Part shown: in pieces, positions 27,851 through 41,076 of the stretch
How positions within the stretch are numbered: position 1 is the first letter of the stretch
How the letters are laid out: the number at the start of each line of letters is the position of its first letter
Source: Mytilus edulis
Lineage: Eukaryota
NCBI RefSeq assembly: GCF_963676685.1
Contig: NC_092344.1
Coordinates: forward strand, 48,298,001-48,362,000
Direction of reading: 5' to 3'
DNA length: 64,000 bases
The notes under the pieces: generated by a model
Seen by the model: the letters and a program-made list of their open reading frames with translations, nothing else
Told to the model about the DNA's origin: nothing
The model's database searches: none
Made by a program: the position numbers and the translations under genes

Positions 27851-28989
27851 ATTATTTTTATTTTGCCATATTTCTTTGACTTTTGGTCTTTGATTGCTTC
27901 CATGTTATTTTTCACCTCCTTTTTTTCAGACAAGGCATACCTTATATTAAGATTTGTTGCGCGTGTATTTTTTTTTTATACATAATAATTATGATGTTCA
28001 TATTATACATGTTATAGCCTATTGGCTTATTGGTGAAAGAAGTTAAAGAAATTTTTAGAAAGTCCTAATATAAAGGAAGAAAATTTTACGATTTTTATAA
28101 TTAATAGTTTCATGATTTAATATCTGATACTTCTCCCATCGCTTTTGTGTTATGTCACATAGCTATTGATGAATAATAACAGTTTTATAATGCTACAATA
28201 GTTTCATAGATAATCATAATACATTAATATTGTAGATGCAATTACCATTATTAGCTGATATTTCATTCATGCATGAATGCTGGAATAATTACTCATAATT
28301 AGTATGGAAGAACATGATCTATTCATTAGTTGTTAAAGGCTTTGAAATAGCTTCCAGTAACTGGACGAAATCGTTTTCAGCGGCCCCGTTTTCAGACACT
28401 GTGTGTCTATTGTCTTTATTTTAGTAGTTTTTAGCCAATCTGCCGAGTCGAGACTTTATGGGTCCATTCGTATTATTTTGACTATGTGATATGGACGTTT
28501 CGTATTGATGACGGCCATACATTGACCTATAATAGCTATTCATTTCTGTGTCATGTTGTTCTCTTGTGGAGAATTGTCTAATTGACAGTCATACCACATC
28601 TTCTCTTTTATCTTTTACAATTTTTTTTCTTATTTCTTGTGTTTTGTTGTTCTACCTGTGTACCAGGTTTGTAGGATAGTTAGCGCTTTCAGACATACAT
28701 GTTTAACATTGCTACATTCTATATGTGTTAATTCTAAGTTAGAAGCCTATAATGAAGTGGTTGTGGATGTTTGATAGAATGAAGGATGGAAACAGGGAAG
28801 GTGTCAAAGAGATAACTACTCAACCGAAGAGCAGAAAACAATCCAAGAGCACCAATGGGTTTCCAATGCCACCACGGATGCGGTAAGGTATTCAACTTCT
28901 CCTTTAACAATAATGTATGTTTATCATAGAAATGGACGCTGCACTTAACTCCAAGAGATAGAAATAAATCAAAATCTAAAAAAATAAGC

Positions 28990-29095
28990 AAGACTAATAG
29001 GCTAGTGGCTCCTATCTTAGGAAAGACAGACAAATGCAGCGGGGTTAAATATGTTTTGTCAGATCTCAACCCTCTCATATACATATAGCCAATGA
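28990..29095 (-). repeat. degenerate copy of the twister-bearing module
   Basis: reverse complement reads gagagggttgagatctgacaaaacatatttaaccccgctgcatt...aggagccactagcc, homologous to 54368-54458 but with P4 damaged. Confidence 0.55.
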
Positions 29096-30950
29096 GAAAT
29101 AAACAAATTCTCTTCAAAACAAACAGTAAAACTCAGATTAAAAGGTGTTCTAGTCCGATGAACAGAAGAAACTAATACAAATGTCTGCCATATTTGTGTC
29201 TTTTATTGTAGTGGCATAAACCAAGCAGATGGTTTTTTTTTGTTAGAACTGGCTCATATTCTTTTTTTTACAGTGGATGACCGTTAGGGCAATCCCGTAT
29301 CATGTTGCCTGCGCCTGACATTTTTACCCACGTGACTTTCGTTTTAGACTGATAATAAAAAAAAAAACAGTTTTAAAGAACATAGATAAATGATATGAAA
29401 ATATTTTGTCGTGAAAATATATATATTAATTACAAATCAAGAATATCGAAAAATTGTGTTAACGCATGCGGAAAAACAATTTGCCAAAAAACTCTGGAAA
29501 ACCATGAAGTGTACTTGCACTGCACTATTATCATCATAGTAGAATAGAATGATATACAAAATGAAATATATATAGCTGTTATACAAATATTAATACGATA
29601 TAATATATTACAACAAACCAGGGTATACTGATAACAACTGAATATATCACTACAATATAATATATATCACGATGAGGTTGGAAAGACTTGTCATTTATTC
29701 ATCATCCACACCAGAACTTTTCTCCGAAATAAATATGTCTATGTACCTTAACCTAACTTTCATGTATCATAGAAATGTGATTTTTATCCGAGACACGTGC
29801 TTGTAACCATCCACAAGAACTTGCGGTCATCCGATGTTCAGTACTTCAGTCCTTTGATTTTTCATGTCGAAGCCTTTTGTACCTGTACCTGATTATACGG
29901 TATAGGTTTTGTTAACTGTTGAATGCAGTAATATGGTGAACTAGAATTGCTTAAATTTGCTTCGTTTAGACTGTTGAATATTTGTCTAATTGGAAATCAT
30001 ACCACATCTTATTTTATAGACATCGACCGACTATACTATTTTAGTACTATATATTACTTGTATTTTTAAAATAAATAAATTGAAAATGATTCACTGAGCT
30101 TGAAAACATTTCAATTGTGTAAACTTGTTTGGTATTATACTATGAATTTCTATAACTATGTATTCATTTCTACTGGGTTTGACTAGTCTGAAAACTTTTG
30201 TTAAACCACACGTTGATTGAAATTTTCTTGCGTTACCTCATCTATATCCTTTTGGAACATTGCGTCGTGCAAAAACTGTAAATTCAGAAATTATTCATTA
30301 CGATTGAAATATTGCATTGGACAAAGGTAAAACGTAAGATTAATTCCTGCGCGTTGAGGAAATGGAGCATACACTGAATAAGTCAATATTTCAAAAGCGA
30401 GTTTCCAGCTTTTCAAAACCGACCCCGTTGCAGTTTTCGCTAAAATAATTACCTCGCAAATATTTCTAGACTTACAGTTATATATTTCATCAATTCGGAT
30501 GTCCATATAGCACAAATTTTCAAAATTGTTTTTTTCATGTTTTGGTTCATTTCTCCTCACACAGTGTTCTTGTTGCCTGAAGAAAACGAACTAAGAATGT
30601 GTTTCTAGGACACAATTTGTGGCTAACCACATCTTGACACACTTATATAACATTGCATTTAATATATGTTCTCATATCAAATAGTACGCATTTGAACTGA
30701 CTCTTCGTGATTATACCATCTAATGTTACTTATCTCGATTTTACAAGTGTAACTATGTTGAAAGTTTATTTTTGGCATATTGCGTTAATCATTATACAGT
30801 ATTATGTTTTTATCAAACAGTATTATGTTTTTATTTTACAGTATTTTGTTTTACAGTACATGTATTATGTGTGTTTCTCTGTCCTATATGTTCTCCCATT
30901 TATTTGTATTGTAGACCTTTCATGTTATGTTGTCATTCTAATGTTATGTT

Positions 30951-31058
30951 TAACATTGCCATAAAAGCGGGAGGTTTGGCATGACACAAAACCAGGTTCA
31001 ACCCACCATTTTTTTTCTTAAAATGTCCCGTACCAAGTCAGAAAAATGGCCATTGTTA
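30951..31058 (+). ncRNA. twister-like ribozyme variant (P4 partly degenerate) in a repeat (~30800-31230) absent from duplicate B
   Basis: taacattgccat-aaaa-GCGG-GAGGT-ttggcatgacacaaaaccagg-TTCAACCCACC-...-TACCAAGT-...-atggccattgtta. Confidence 0.55.
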
Positions 31059-31542
31059 TATTATAGTTTCTTTCTGTGTGTATTACATTTTAATGTTGTG
31101 TTTCTGTTGTGTCGTAGTTCTCCTCTTATATTTGAGACGTTTCCCTCAGTTTTAGTTTGTAACCCGGATTAGTTTTATTCTCAATCGATTTATGAATTTC
31201 GAATAGCAGTATACTACTGTTGCCTTTATTTATAGGAATCATATTAGAATCGATCATACATGTATTAGCTCTTAAAATGTATCTCTCTATGATAAGTGAC
31301 GACCATTTGACATTCTGAGGGAGGACAGGAGGATTAATAGAAATTAATAATTGAGTACAAAGTGAACTGAATTAAGCCGAGTAAGGAATATTCCGTCGGA
31401 TAAAACTGCAAACAAATCTAACGGGTCTATTTGACCAAACAAAAAACATATAAAATATCAAATGTTCGACCCTCGTCTCTGAAGCACAATCGCATAGTAC
31501 AAGTAATTTAAATTTATAGTGTTTCCCTTTAAAAGCTATCGC

Positions 31543-34246
31543 TACGGGGCGCCGAAAGGGACTCTTGTGGTTTTGTACAAAATTCAATTCTGTCATAACA
31601 AAATCATTTTTGTCTTACAAAACTATGTGCTACAGACTTGTTTTGTGAGAACTTTAATTTTGTGATGACAAAATTCATTTGTGTAGACAAAATTCATTTT
31701 TGTAGACAAGATTCATATTTGTCATGACAAAAGTCAATTTTGTCTAAAAGGTATGCAAATATAAACATATTTGCATACAAAATTGACTTTTGTTACCTGA
31801 TATGGAAATTAAATCACAAAAGTGAGACAAAATTGACTTTTGTGAGACAAAATTGACTTTTGTGAGACAAAATTGATTTTTGTGAGACAAAATTCAATTT
31901 TGTGAGACAAAATTCAATTTTGTCAATTTTGTTGAGACAAAAGTCAATTTTGTTAATTTTGTTGAGACAAAAGTCAATTCTGTCAATTTTGTTGAGACAA
32001 AAATCAATTTTGTTGAGACAAAAGTCAATTTTGTTAATTTTGTTGAGACAAAAGTCAATTTTGTAAATTTTGTTGAGACAAAAGTCAATTTTGTCAATTT
32101 TGTTGAGACAAAAGTCAATTTTGTGACGACAAAATTCATTTTTGTGACGACAAAATTCAATTTTGTAACAACAAAATTGACTTTTATGAGACAAAATTGA
32201 CTTTCGTGAGACAAAAATCAATTTTGTTGAGACAAAATTCAATTTTGTCAATTTTGTTGAGACAAAAGTCAATTTTGTCAATTTTGTTGAGACAAAAGTT
32301 AATTTTGTCTCACAAAAGTCAATTCTGTCAATTTTGTTGAGACAAAAGTCAATTTTGTCAATTTTGTTGAGACAAAAGTCAATTTTGTCTCACAAAAGTC
32401 AATTCTGTCAATTTTGTTGAGACAAAAGTCAATTTTGTCAATTTTGTTGAGACAAAAGTCAATTTTGTCAATTTTGTTCAGACAAAATTCAATTTTGTCA
32501 ATTTTGTTGAGACAAAATTCAATTTTGTCAATTTTGTTGAGACAAAATTCATTTTTGTCAATTTTGTGTAACAAAAGTCGATTTTGTATGCAAATTAGTT
32601 CACAGAAACCAAACTAAACTAATTTGAATACAAAATTGACTTTTGTCGCCCAATTTTCAAATTAGGTAACAAAATTCAAGTCTGTGTAACAAAAATGAAT
32701 TTTGTCATGACAAAAGTGACTTTTGTCCGCTGATAGATAATTTTGTATGACAAAATTTTAAATTTGTAGTATGATACAAATTTTGTTAAACTGAACTTAT
32801 TTTTGTTGAACAAAAGTCACTTTTGTCCGTACAAAATTGAATTTTGAGTACAAAACCACAAGAGTCCCATTCGGCGCCCCGTAATACGGGGCGCCGAAAG
32901 GGACTCTTGTGGTTTTGTACAAAATTCAATTCTGTCATAACAAAATCATTTTTGTCTTACAAAACTATGTGCTACAGACTTGTTTTGTGAGAACTTTAAT
33001 TTTGTGATGACAAAATTCATTTGTGTAGACAAAATTCATTTTTGTAGACAAGATTCATATTTGTCATGACAAAAGTCAATTTTGTCTAAAAGGTATGCAA
33101 ATATAAACATATTTGCATACAAAATTGACTTTTGTTACCTGATATGGAAATTAAATCACAAAAGTGAGACAAAATTGACTTTTGTGAGACAAAATTGACT
33201 TTTGTGAGACAAAATTGATTTTTGTGAGACAAAATTCAATTTTGTGAGACAAAATTCAATTTTGTCAATTTTGTTGAGACAAAAGTCAATTTTGTTAATT
33301 TTGTTGAGACAAAAGTCAATTCTGTCAATTTTGTTGAGACAAAAATCAATTTTGTTGAGACAAAAGTCAATTTTGTTAATTTTGTTGAGACAAAAGTCAA
33401 TTTTGTAAATTTTGTTGAGACAAAAGTCAATTTTGTCAATTTTGTTGAGACAAAAGTCAATTTTGTGACGACAAAATTCATTTTTGTGACGACAAAATTC
33501 AATTTTGTAACAACAAAATTGACTTTTATGAGACAAAATTGACTTTCGTGAGACAAAAATCAATTTTGTTGAGACAAAATTCAATTTTGTTGAGACAAAA
33601 TTCAATTTTGTCAATTTTGTTGAGACAAAAGTCAATTTTGTCAATTTTGTTGAGACAAAAGTTAATTTTGTCTCACAAAAGTCAATTCTGTCAATTTTGT
33701 TGAGACAAAAGTCAATTTTGTCAATTTTGTTGAGACAAAAGTCAATTTTGTCTCACAAAAGTCAATTCTGTCAATTTTGTTGAGACAAAAGTCAATTTTG
33801 TCAATTTTGTTGAGACAAAAGTCAATTTTGTCAATTTTGTTCAGACAAAATTCAATTTTGTCAATTTTGTTGAGACAAAATTCAATTTTGTCAATTTTGT
33901 TGAGACAAAATTCATTTTTGTCAATTTTGTGTAACAAAAGTCGATTTTGTATGCAAATTAGTTCACAGAAACCAAACTAAACTAATTTGAATACAAAATT
34001 GACTTTTGTCGCCCAATTTTCAAATTAGGTAACAAAATTCAAGTCTGTGTAACAAAAATGAATTTTGTCATGACAAAAGTGACTTTTGTCCGCTGATAGA
34101 TAATTTTGTATGACAAAATTTTAAATTTGTAGTATGATACAAATTTTGTTAAACTGAACTTATTTTTGTTGAACAAAAGTCACTTTTGTCCGTACAAAAT
34201 TGAATTTTGAGTACAAAACCACAAGAGTCCCATTCGGCGCCCCGTA
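31543..34246. mobile_element. head-to-tail dimer of a ~1.35-kb non-autonomous TIR element filled with ~21/30-bp quasi-palindromic repeats
   Basis: copies 31543-32883 and 32885-34246; 36-bp TIR tacggggcgccgaaagggactcttgtggttttgtac; ATCGC duplicated at 31538-31542 and 34247-34251; empty site in duplicate B near 42088. Confidence 0.9.
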
Positions 34247-34299
34247 ATCGCGACACAACACGTTTTTTTTTGTAATTGATTGATATAAATGTCTCAAAC

Positions 34300-35155
34300 G
34301 ATACTTAGCTGTAAGGATCTCGCTACAATGTTGTCTCGATAGGTGACAGATGTTGCTGAATACCGATGAGTCACAAGCCATAACGATATTTAAAACCATA
34401 CTTAGCTGTGAGGGTCTCGCTATAATGTTGTCTCGATATGTGACAAATGTTACTAAGTACCGATGAGTCTTAAGCCATAACGATATCTAAAACCCTAACT
34501 AGCTGTGAGGGTCTCGCTATAATGTTGTCTCGATATGTGATAAATGTTACTGACCGATGAGTCTTAAGCAATAACGATATCTTAAACCATAATTAGCTGT
34601 GAGGGTCTCACTATAATGTTGTCTCGATATGCGACAAATGTGACTGAGTACCGATTAGTCTTAAGACATAACAATATCTAAAACCCTAATTAGATGTGAG
34701 GGTCTCGCTATAGTGTTGTCTCGATATGTGACAAATGTAACTGAGTACTGATGAGTCTTAAGCCATAACGATATCTAAAACTATACTTTGCTGTGAGGAT
34801 CTCGCTATAATGTTGCCTCGATATGTGACAAATGTTACTGAGTACCGACGAGTCTTAACCCATAACGATATCTAAAACCCTAATTCGCTGTGAGGGTCTC
34901 ACTATAGTTTTGTCTCGATAGGTGACAGATGTTACTGAATACCGATGAGTCTTATGCCATAACGTTATTTAAAACCATACTTAGCTGTGAGGGTCTCGCT
35001 ATAATGTTGTCTCGATATATGACAAATGTTACTGAGTACCGATGAATCTTAAGCCATAACGATATCTAAAACCCTGATTAGCTGTAAGGGTCTTACTATA
35101 GTTTTGTCTCGATATGTGACAGATAATTCTGAGTACCGATGAGTCTGTAGCCATC
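34300..35155. repeat. 97-bp tandem repeat, 9 copies
   Basis: agctgtgagggtctcgctataatgttgtctcgatatgtgac... at 34307, 34404, 34501, 34595, 34692, 34789, 34886, 34983, 35080. Confidence 0.92.
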
Positions 35156-35244
35156 AAGATGCATGTTAGGGTTTGGTACTTTTTTACAGCTAAAGCTATG
35201 GTGATTAAAAGTTCGGAATGTTTGATTTACCCTTTGTCAATATA

Positions 35245-35885
35245 AATCTTCTTCTTCTTTTTCTTCTTATGAAACGAGTATTTACAGTTAAAATCCAAAA
35301 ATTACAATTAAGAATATAGTGGACGTAGGCCAGTGCCTGTTTGAACCCATCGAAGGTTGTCAAACTAGGTATAGTGGCTGTGGCAGGTAGTTCTAAATTC
35401 TGGTGCACTCGGATTGAAGGAATGTTGATATACAAGAGTTCGTCAGTGTGGTTTCAGGTATCTGATTTTATGTTCTCGAGTGGAAACACCTGTTAGTATG
35501 AGATATGGTTCTGATGGGATATCTACGAGGTGGTTGACTACTAGTATCTGGTATAGTAATATTGCTTTAACTTTGGCTTTTCTTGATTGTAGGGTTTCCC
35601 ATCCAAGGTTGTTGATCATGAGACTAACACTGCTTGTTTGTTGGTAGTCATTGGAAACAAATGTGACCCCTCTGCATTGAACCATTTCAAGTTGGTTTTG
35701 TATGTGGCTTACTTTACAGTTGGTCTGACGAAAGTGTTAAATGCTCGTTCTTTGGCTTTTGAAGGACAATTTCCGCTGATTATTCTTTGGAAAAACAGAG
35801 TGTCGTTTGGCTTCTTAGTGACAGCATCTGTGTGGGTGTTCCAATATAAGTCTTTTTATATGTTAAAGCCTAAATATTTTGCAGA
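35245..35885 (-). mobile_element. 5'-truncated non-LTR retrotransposon (CR1/L2-group) 3' fragment
   Basis: MVQCRGVTFVSNDYQQTSSVSLMINNLGWETLQSRK resembles ORF2 C-terminus; (GAA)n tail at ~35248-35260. Confidence 0.75.
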
Positions 35886-36134
35886 GTCAAACAACAAGAA
35901 CAACAATACTTTGTTTTAAGAGGGTTACACAGTTAGCTATATACCTATTCTTTCATGAGGCCCCCATCATGAAAAAAAATCAAACAAAATGCAAACATAT
36001 AAATTGCATACATAACATGTTTAAAAAGTCAAGTATGAAGATAGTGTTTATTACAACTTTATTATGAAAAAATATAAGAGATAACATACACAATCATTTT
36101 TCAATATTCTTTCAACATATTTAATGAATGGCTA

Positions 36135-36420
36135 TTAACGGCGAAGCGGATTATGTAAAATGTGAAGAGTCAAAAATTAATTTTCTGGATCAATGAATTA
36201 AAAAAAAAATATTGCCATTCATTGTAAATAAATTTCTATCAAAAATAAGCCTTAAAGAACTTTTTATACTATTTATATTAACAATAAAAACGTACACACA
36301 TGTTGGCGTATAAATACACAACATCAGAGTGGGCGTGTCGCCATAAAAATTGATAACATTTGAAATAAAAGTAATACTTTTAACCAATCAGAAGACAGTA
36401 AATACACCAAATTTATTTAT
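36135..36420. repeat. dispersed repeat (second copy ~57820-58030)
   Basis: gcgaagcgga..atgtaaaatgtgaagagtcaaaaatta...gtgggcgtgtcgccat shared. Confidence 0.75.
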
Positions 36421-37390
36421 AAAAAAATATTGAAAACGTATTGGGTATGTTATCACGTTTATTTCTCTTACATTTTATCAAGTTGTATTGAACACTATCA
36501 TAATCCATTTAAAGGTTTCAATAAGCCATTAGGGTTCGTAAGGAGCGAAAGGGTCTGTTTCTAGTATTAATATACAGTTCTCTTTTGAATTTTTAAGATC
36601 CTAATTAACCTTTACTGCTACAAATACTCCACACTGTACAACAATAATCAGTTAGTGGCAAGATATAACAATGAAGAAGGGCATGACCATGGATGAGGTA
36701 GCAGGGGTGGATCTAGGCATTTTAAAAAGGGGGGTTCCTAACCCAGGACAAAGGGGGTTCAACTACATGTCCCCATTCAAATGCATTGATCGTCCAAAAA
36801 AGGTGGTGTTACGCCTGGGTAGTCATAATAAATTGGGTTCCGTTTCTTAGTGACAGAGGTTGTGAACATATCGCAAGAAAGAACTTAAGGTTTCAAGCTA
36901 AGAACTAAATTTATAATTTAGTCATCATTTGAGATAGAACTGCTTAAGCATACCGCTTGAATTTGAATAAAAATTTAAGTTTTATAATAATTTGTTCTCA
37001 TGGACATTTAATTATTAAGAAAAAGAATGATAGTGAAGCTTATAGAAGATAACTGGCTTATGGCATATAATGAATATTGAAAAATTAAGAATACACGAGA
37101 AAAGAAAGAATAAAATTACAATGTAAAACTAACGAATAGTCATATGACATCATGTCTGTGCGCCAACACTGAATATTCATGTGTGTAAATGAAAATGTTG
37201 ATAAAAGCGGTACAATACAATTAGAAATTGAAAAAAATTCAAGTTTTTATTTCTGCTGAATCCATCTTTTCGTATATCTTGCAGTAAAGCCATAATTATA
37301 ACAAAAAAAAATTAATAAAACCGTACACGACTAAAATAAATATCAGTCCTAATTCTGGAGTACTTGTATGGTTTGTAAATGTAATGTTAT

Positions 37391-38593
37391 TCATTTTCCT
37401 GAAAGCGTATATTCAGCTTTGTAAACAGTGTAAAATGAAAGTGCAGTAATTGAAAGTATGCATATTGACAGCAAACACCAAAACGAACAGAAATCAATAG
37501 TGGACACATACTCTTTCCATGTAATGTAAATATGAGTTTCCTTTTCATCTTTCTGAATCTCCGATGATGTGTTCACACTCGTTCCTCTCTTATAGGTTAC
37601 AATGCGTTTTAGGAGACATGACGAAATAAATGTCTGTCCATTTCGAGCACAAAATCGGGATAAAATGGCTGAAAGCAACACAACCAGTGTACTTTGGAAT
37701 AGCTGCATCACTATAAATATATCCATAAAAGATATTGATTCCGAACTCTCTGGCAGAGACTGTCCAATAATAGTAAGAAACACACCGAAGGACAACCAAA
37801 CGGTTACCGTGTAACCCATGCGTTCTCCACTATCAGCAGGTATGGCAAATGTAAACAGATTCAAAATTGATAAAAGGACTAACGGCAGAACCATATTCAG
37901 CATAACATACAACGGTTTCCTCTGTAATGTGATAGAAAATATCACTAGAGATTCTTCGTGGTACTGTGCTGTACATGCTGAGGTTGAAATAACCGTCCAA
38001 ATTGTATTTTCTTTTATTGAGCGCTCCAATGCTATTCCTGACACATTTTTTATTAGAAGGGAAACATCTTTCAAACGCATACTCCAAGCTCCGAAAACAA
38101 ATTCGCAAGTTTGCCTGTCAAATGGAAAGAACGTCATTGACACTGGACAGTATGAATTAAATACTTGAAACGGTGTCCAATTGACCCTACCATCATGTTT
38201 GATTGTCGCCAATATCAAATCGGAACCGAGCTCTTTCATCCCTGTATAACTATCTTGTAAGGTTATATCCGGTTTCCATATCTCTGACTGAGGAAGGTAT
38301 ATATAGTCCAAGTCTCCATATTGTTGTCGGTTCCATGTTAGGAACTCATCATGCCAGCTTATATTAAGATATCCAATAGTCGTTAATCTTTGTTGAACTT
38401 CATCGAGTGTTATTAGTGAGTTTAATGTCAATTCAACATTTACGTAGATGGTACTCTCGTAATCTTGTACAGGTTTGGAATCTTTATCATATTCCTTTGT
38501 AAAGAATAGCTCCTTTTTCAAAGCTTTGAAATCACTTGAGTTTTGGCATAAAGAAAAACTGACAGTAGAAAACCAAATGATAAAAACAATCAT
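37391..38593 (-). CDS. intronless nicotinic acetylcholine receptor-like Cys-loop channel subunit (400 aa from ATG 38593)
   Basis: signal peptide MIVFIIWFSTVSFSLC, WKPDI, Cys-loop CPVSMTFFPFDRQTC, PADSGER, four TM segments. Confidence 0.92.
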   Translation of the reverse strand: MIVFIIWFSTVSFSLCQNSSDFKALKKELFFTKEYDKDSKPVQDYESTIYVNVELTLNSLITLDEVQQRLTTIGYLNISWHDEFLTWNRQQYGDLDYIYLPQSEIWKPDITLQDSYTGMKELGSDLILATIKHDGRVNWTPFQVFNSYCPVSMTFFPFDRQTCEFVFGAWSMRLKDVSLLIKNVSGIALERSIKENTIWTVISTSACTAQYHEESLVIFSITLQRKPLYVMLNMVLPLVLLSILNLFTFAIPADSGERMGYTVTVWLSFGVFLTIIGQSLPESSESISFMDIFIVMQLFQSTLVVLLSAILSRFCARNGQTFISSCLLKRIVTYKRGTSVNTSSEIQKDEKETHIYITWKEYVSTIDFCSFWCLLSICILSITALSFYTVYKAEYTLSGK

Positions 38594-39029
38594 CTTTAAT
38601 CGTTCCGCAATAAATTGATTATGGATAATCTTGTAGGCAACGGAATGAACCTGGAATGCAACTCTTTGGTATTTCACACTTTGAAATTGTAATTCAAAAG
38701 GATCAATATAATACTTTTCTGACTTTGTAAAAATCAATTCAAACTTTTAAAAAAATTATAATTTACAGTTTTGATCACTTTTTCATTTTGAAACATAAAA
38801 GAATAGATGCGGTTTAGCATTAGCACTTACACGGTTACGATTTCATTAACATGTGTCATTACAAATTCATATCCGACATAACTAAAACATCTCCGGTGAA
38901 TTAAATTTCAGAATTTTGAGTCCCTTTTTATAATTATACAATTTATTGTCAGGAATAATTCATCATGCTTCTTTGTTCTGTGAAGCGTGAATTGATTTCA
39001 TAAATTTAATCTCGCACGCATAACAAATA

Positions 39030-39110
39030 AATGAATAAATGCAACATTTATAGAGTGCATTATACAATAACAACAATAACTCTAAGCGCTTCACATTTAG
39101 AAAATAAATA
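39030..39110 (-). mobile_element. L2-like LINE 3' end remnant
   Basis: reverse complement gtgaagcgcttagag...ctctataaaatg..tttattcatttattt resembles L2 termini. Confidence 0.35.
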
Positions 39111-39896
39111 AAATACATAAAAACACGAAATTATATAGAATACCAAGCACCAACTTTACGAATCAAACAAGCAGATAAAAAAAATGCATGTCCTATAAGA
39201 TATACAAAACAGTCTAAAATTAATGAAAACAGTTAAAAGTACATAATAAAAAGAATAAATAATAAATCTAAAAGAAATCCTTTAAAGTAATTTTTGTTAA
39301 AACAAGAGTTCAAATTCTGTAAACGCATACTTAAACATTTGAGAGAATTTACTCACATGTTAAATTCCAGTAATTTGAAACAAATTTTTAAAACACGACC
39401 CAAGAAAACGAAAACATAATGATTAACCGTACTACTTTGAAGTCAGAAACGTGTTGTGTATCTAGAACATTATGCGTTGATTTAAACCGCCAGACCTTCT
39501 AAAAATCAGGCAAACAATCCAAACATGGTAGATAATCAGATGTATGCAGTTTATCTTGAAATCTCAACAATAAACGCTGTCAATAATATCTGAATTAACA
39601 GTTTCTTTAACTGTTTAAAAGGTATATTGGAATTAATATATAATATCATAATTAATTTACTCAATTAATACTTGTGCATTACATTTGATTGTTATATTCA
39701 CAACTGCCCGATTGGCTCTGAAAGGCATGTTTAACAAGCACGAATTAATGCTTGTTGACAAGACGTTGTTGTCAGATTTATCAAAAATATTTCATAAAAT
39801 TTTCGAGAAAAAAAATGTTACTTTATTTTAAACTTGTAAATGGACTGGCAGTGTTCATATTTAGACATAAATAGTCAACCCACACACTATTTAGGC

Positions 39897-40098
39897 GTTT
39901 CTACCTCAGGAATAGATTACCTTAGCTGTATTTGTCAAAACTTGTAGGAAATTTGGTCTCAATGCTCTTCAATTCCGTACTTTATTTGGTCTTCTCAACA
40001 TTTTTGACTCGAGCGTCACTGCTAAGTCTTTTGTAGACGAAACGCACGTCTAGCGTTAACATAAAATTTCCATCATGGTATCTATGATAAGTTTATTT
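39897..40098 (+). mobile_element. partial retrozyme-like unit with degenerate hammerhead (CTGCTAA core)
   Basis: homologous to 41190-41390. Confidence 0.75.
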
Positions 40099-40260
40099 GA
40101 AAGATCATAAAATGGCTTCATTATTTCTGTTAGTGTTTGCTATTTGTTTACAAAAAATAGACTTTCGAATAAAAACTAAACAATATGAAAAGATAAATTA
40201 CATAGCATTTAACTTTTAAAAAGGGAAATAAGAATATCGCATCAGTTTATTTTGATATGA

Positions 40261-40304
40261 GCGTCACTGATGAGTCTTATGTAGACGAAACGCGCGTCTG
40301 GCGT
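40261..40304 (+). ncRNA. minimal type I hammerhead ribozyme (intact core)
   Basis: gcgtca-CTGATGA-gtct(tatgt)agac-GAAA-c(gcgc)g-TC|tggcgt; predicted cleavage after 40298. Confidence 0.88.
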
Positions 40305-41076
40305 ACTAAATTATAATCCTGGTACCTTTGAGAACTATTTCAAATATTTGGTTTCATAATTTCTATATATAACTCGGTGTTCATTTATAAATACTGGTTT
40401 TGACTAGCTTGACATTTTTGGTTAAAACCCACACGTTGATTGAGTTTTCTCGCGTTACCTCATCTATATATCCTTCTGGAACATTGCGCCGTGCAATAAC
40501 TAACTGAAAATTCAGAAATATTTCCCTCTATTTATTATTACGATTGTTGGACAATGGTAAAACACGAGATTAATTACTGCGCTTAGGGGAAATGGTGCAT
40601 ACAAATAATTTTGATCAATATTTAAAAGTTGTCACTTTTTCAAAACAGACACGTTGCAGTTTTCGCTATGATAAATACATTGCAAATATTTCTGAACCTA
40701 CAGTTATATATTTTATCATATCGGATGTCCATAACACGAGTTAAATTTCTATCCTTCTCTACGCATCTACTTGCACAGTGTTTTGTTGCCTGAAGAAAAC
40801 GAACTTAAAACGTGATTCAAGGACATAATTTGTGGCTAACCACATCGTGACACACTTATATAACATTGCAGTTAATATATGTTCTCATATCAAATAGCAC
40901 GCATTTGAACTGTTTCCGCGGGATTATCCCATCTAATATTACTTATCTCGATTTTACAAGTGTAGCTATGTTGTCAGTTTATATTGGACATGTCGCGTTT
41001 ATTATACTGTATATTTTGTTATGCTTTTCCTCATTGCTATATTGGTTTATATAGGAATCATATCATCATATCAGCT

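Larger units (their letters stand above)
30130..38850. repeat. segmental duplication copy A (paralog ~40350-44400)
   Basis: collinear matches, e.g. cacgttgattga..cgttacctcatctata, gaccatttgacattctg, atcgcgacacaacacg, and the receptor gene with its flanks. Confidence 0.9.

Noticed and set aside
31814-33980. Repetitive ORFs (KIDFCLN / TKLTFVS repeats)
   Set aside because: Translations of 21/30-bp tandem repeats inside a non-coding TIR element, open in several frames
37590-38168. Overlapping or antisense ORFs on the receptor and B-box genes (also 43135-43713, 50564-51139, 23626-24386)
   Set aside because: Shadow frames of real CDSs; their conservation is explained by the duplication
38594-38737. 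N-terminal extensions of receptor ORFs (also 44139-44222, 49887-49892)
   Set aside because: They begin at non-ATG codons; signal peptides start at downstream ATGs
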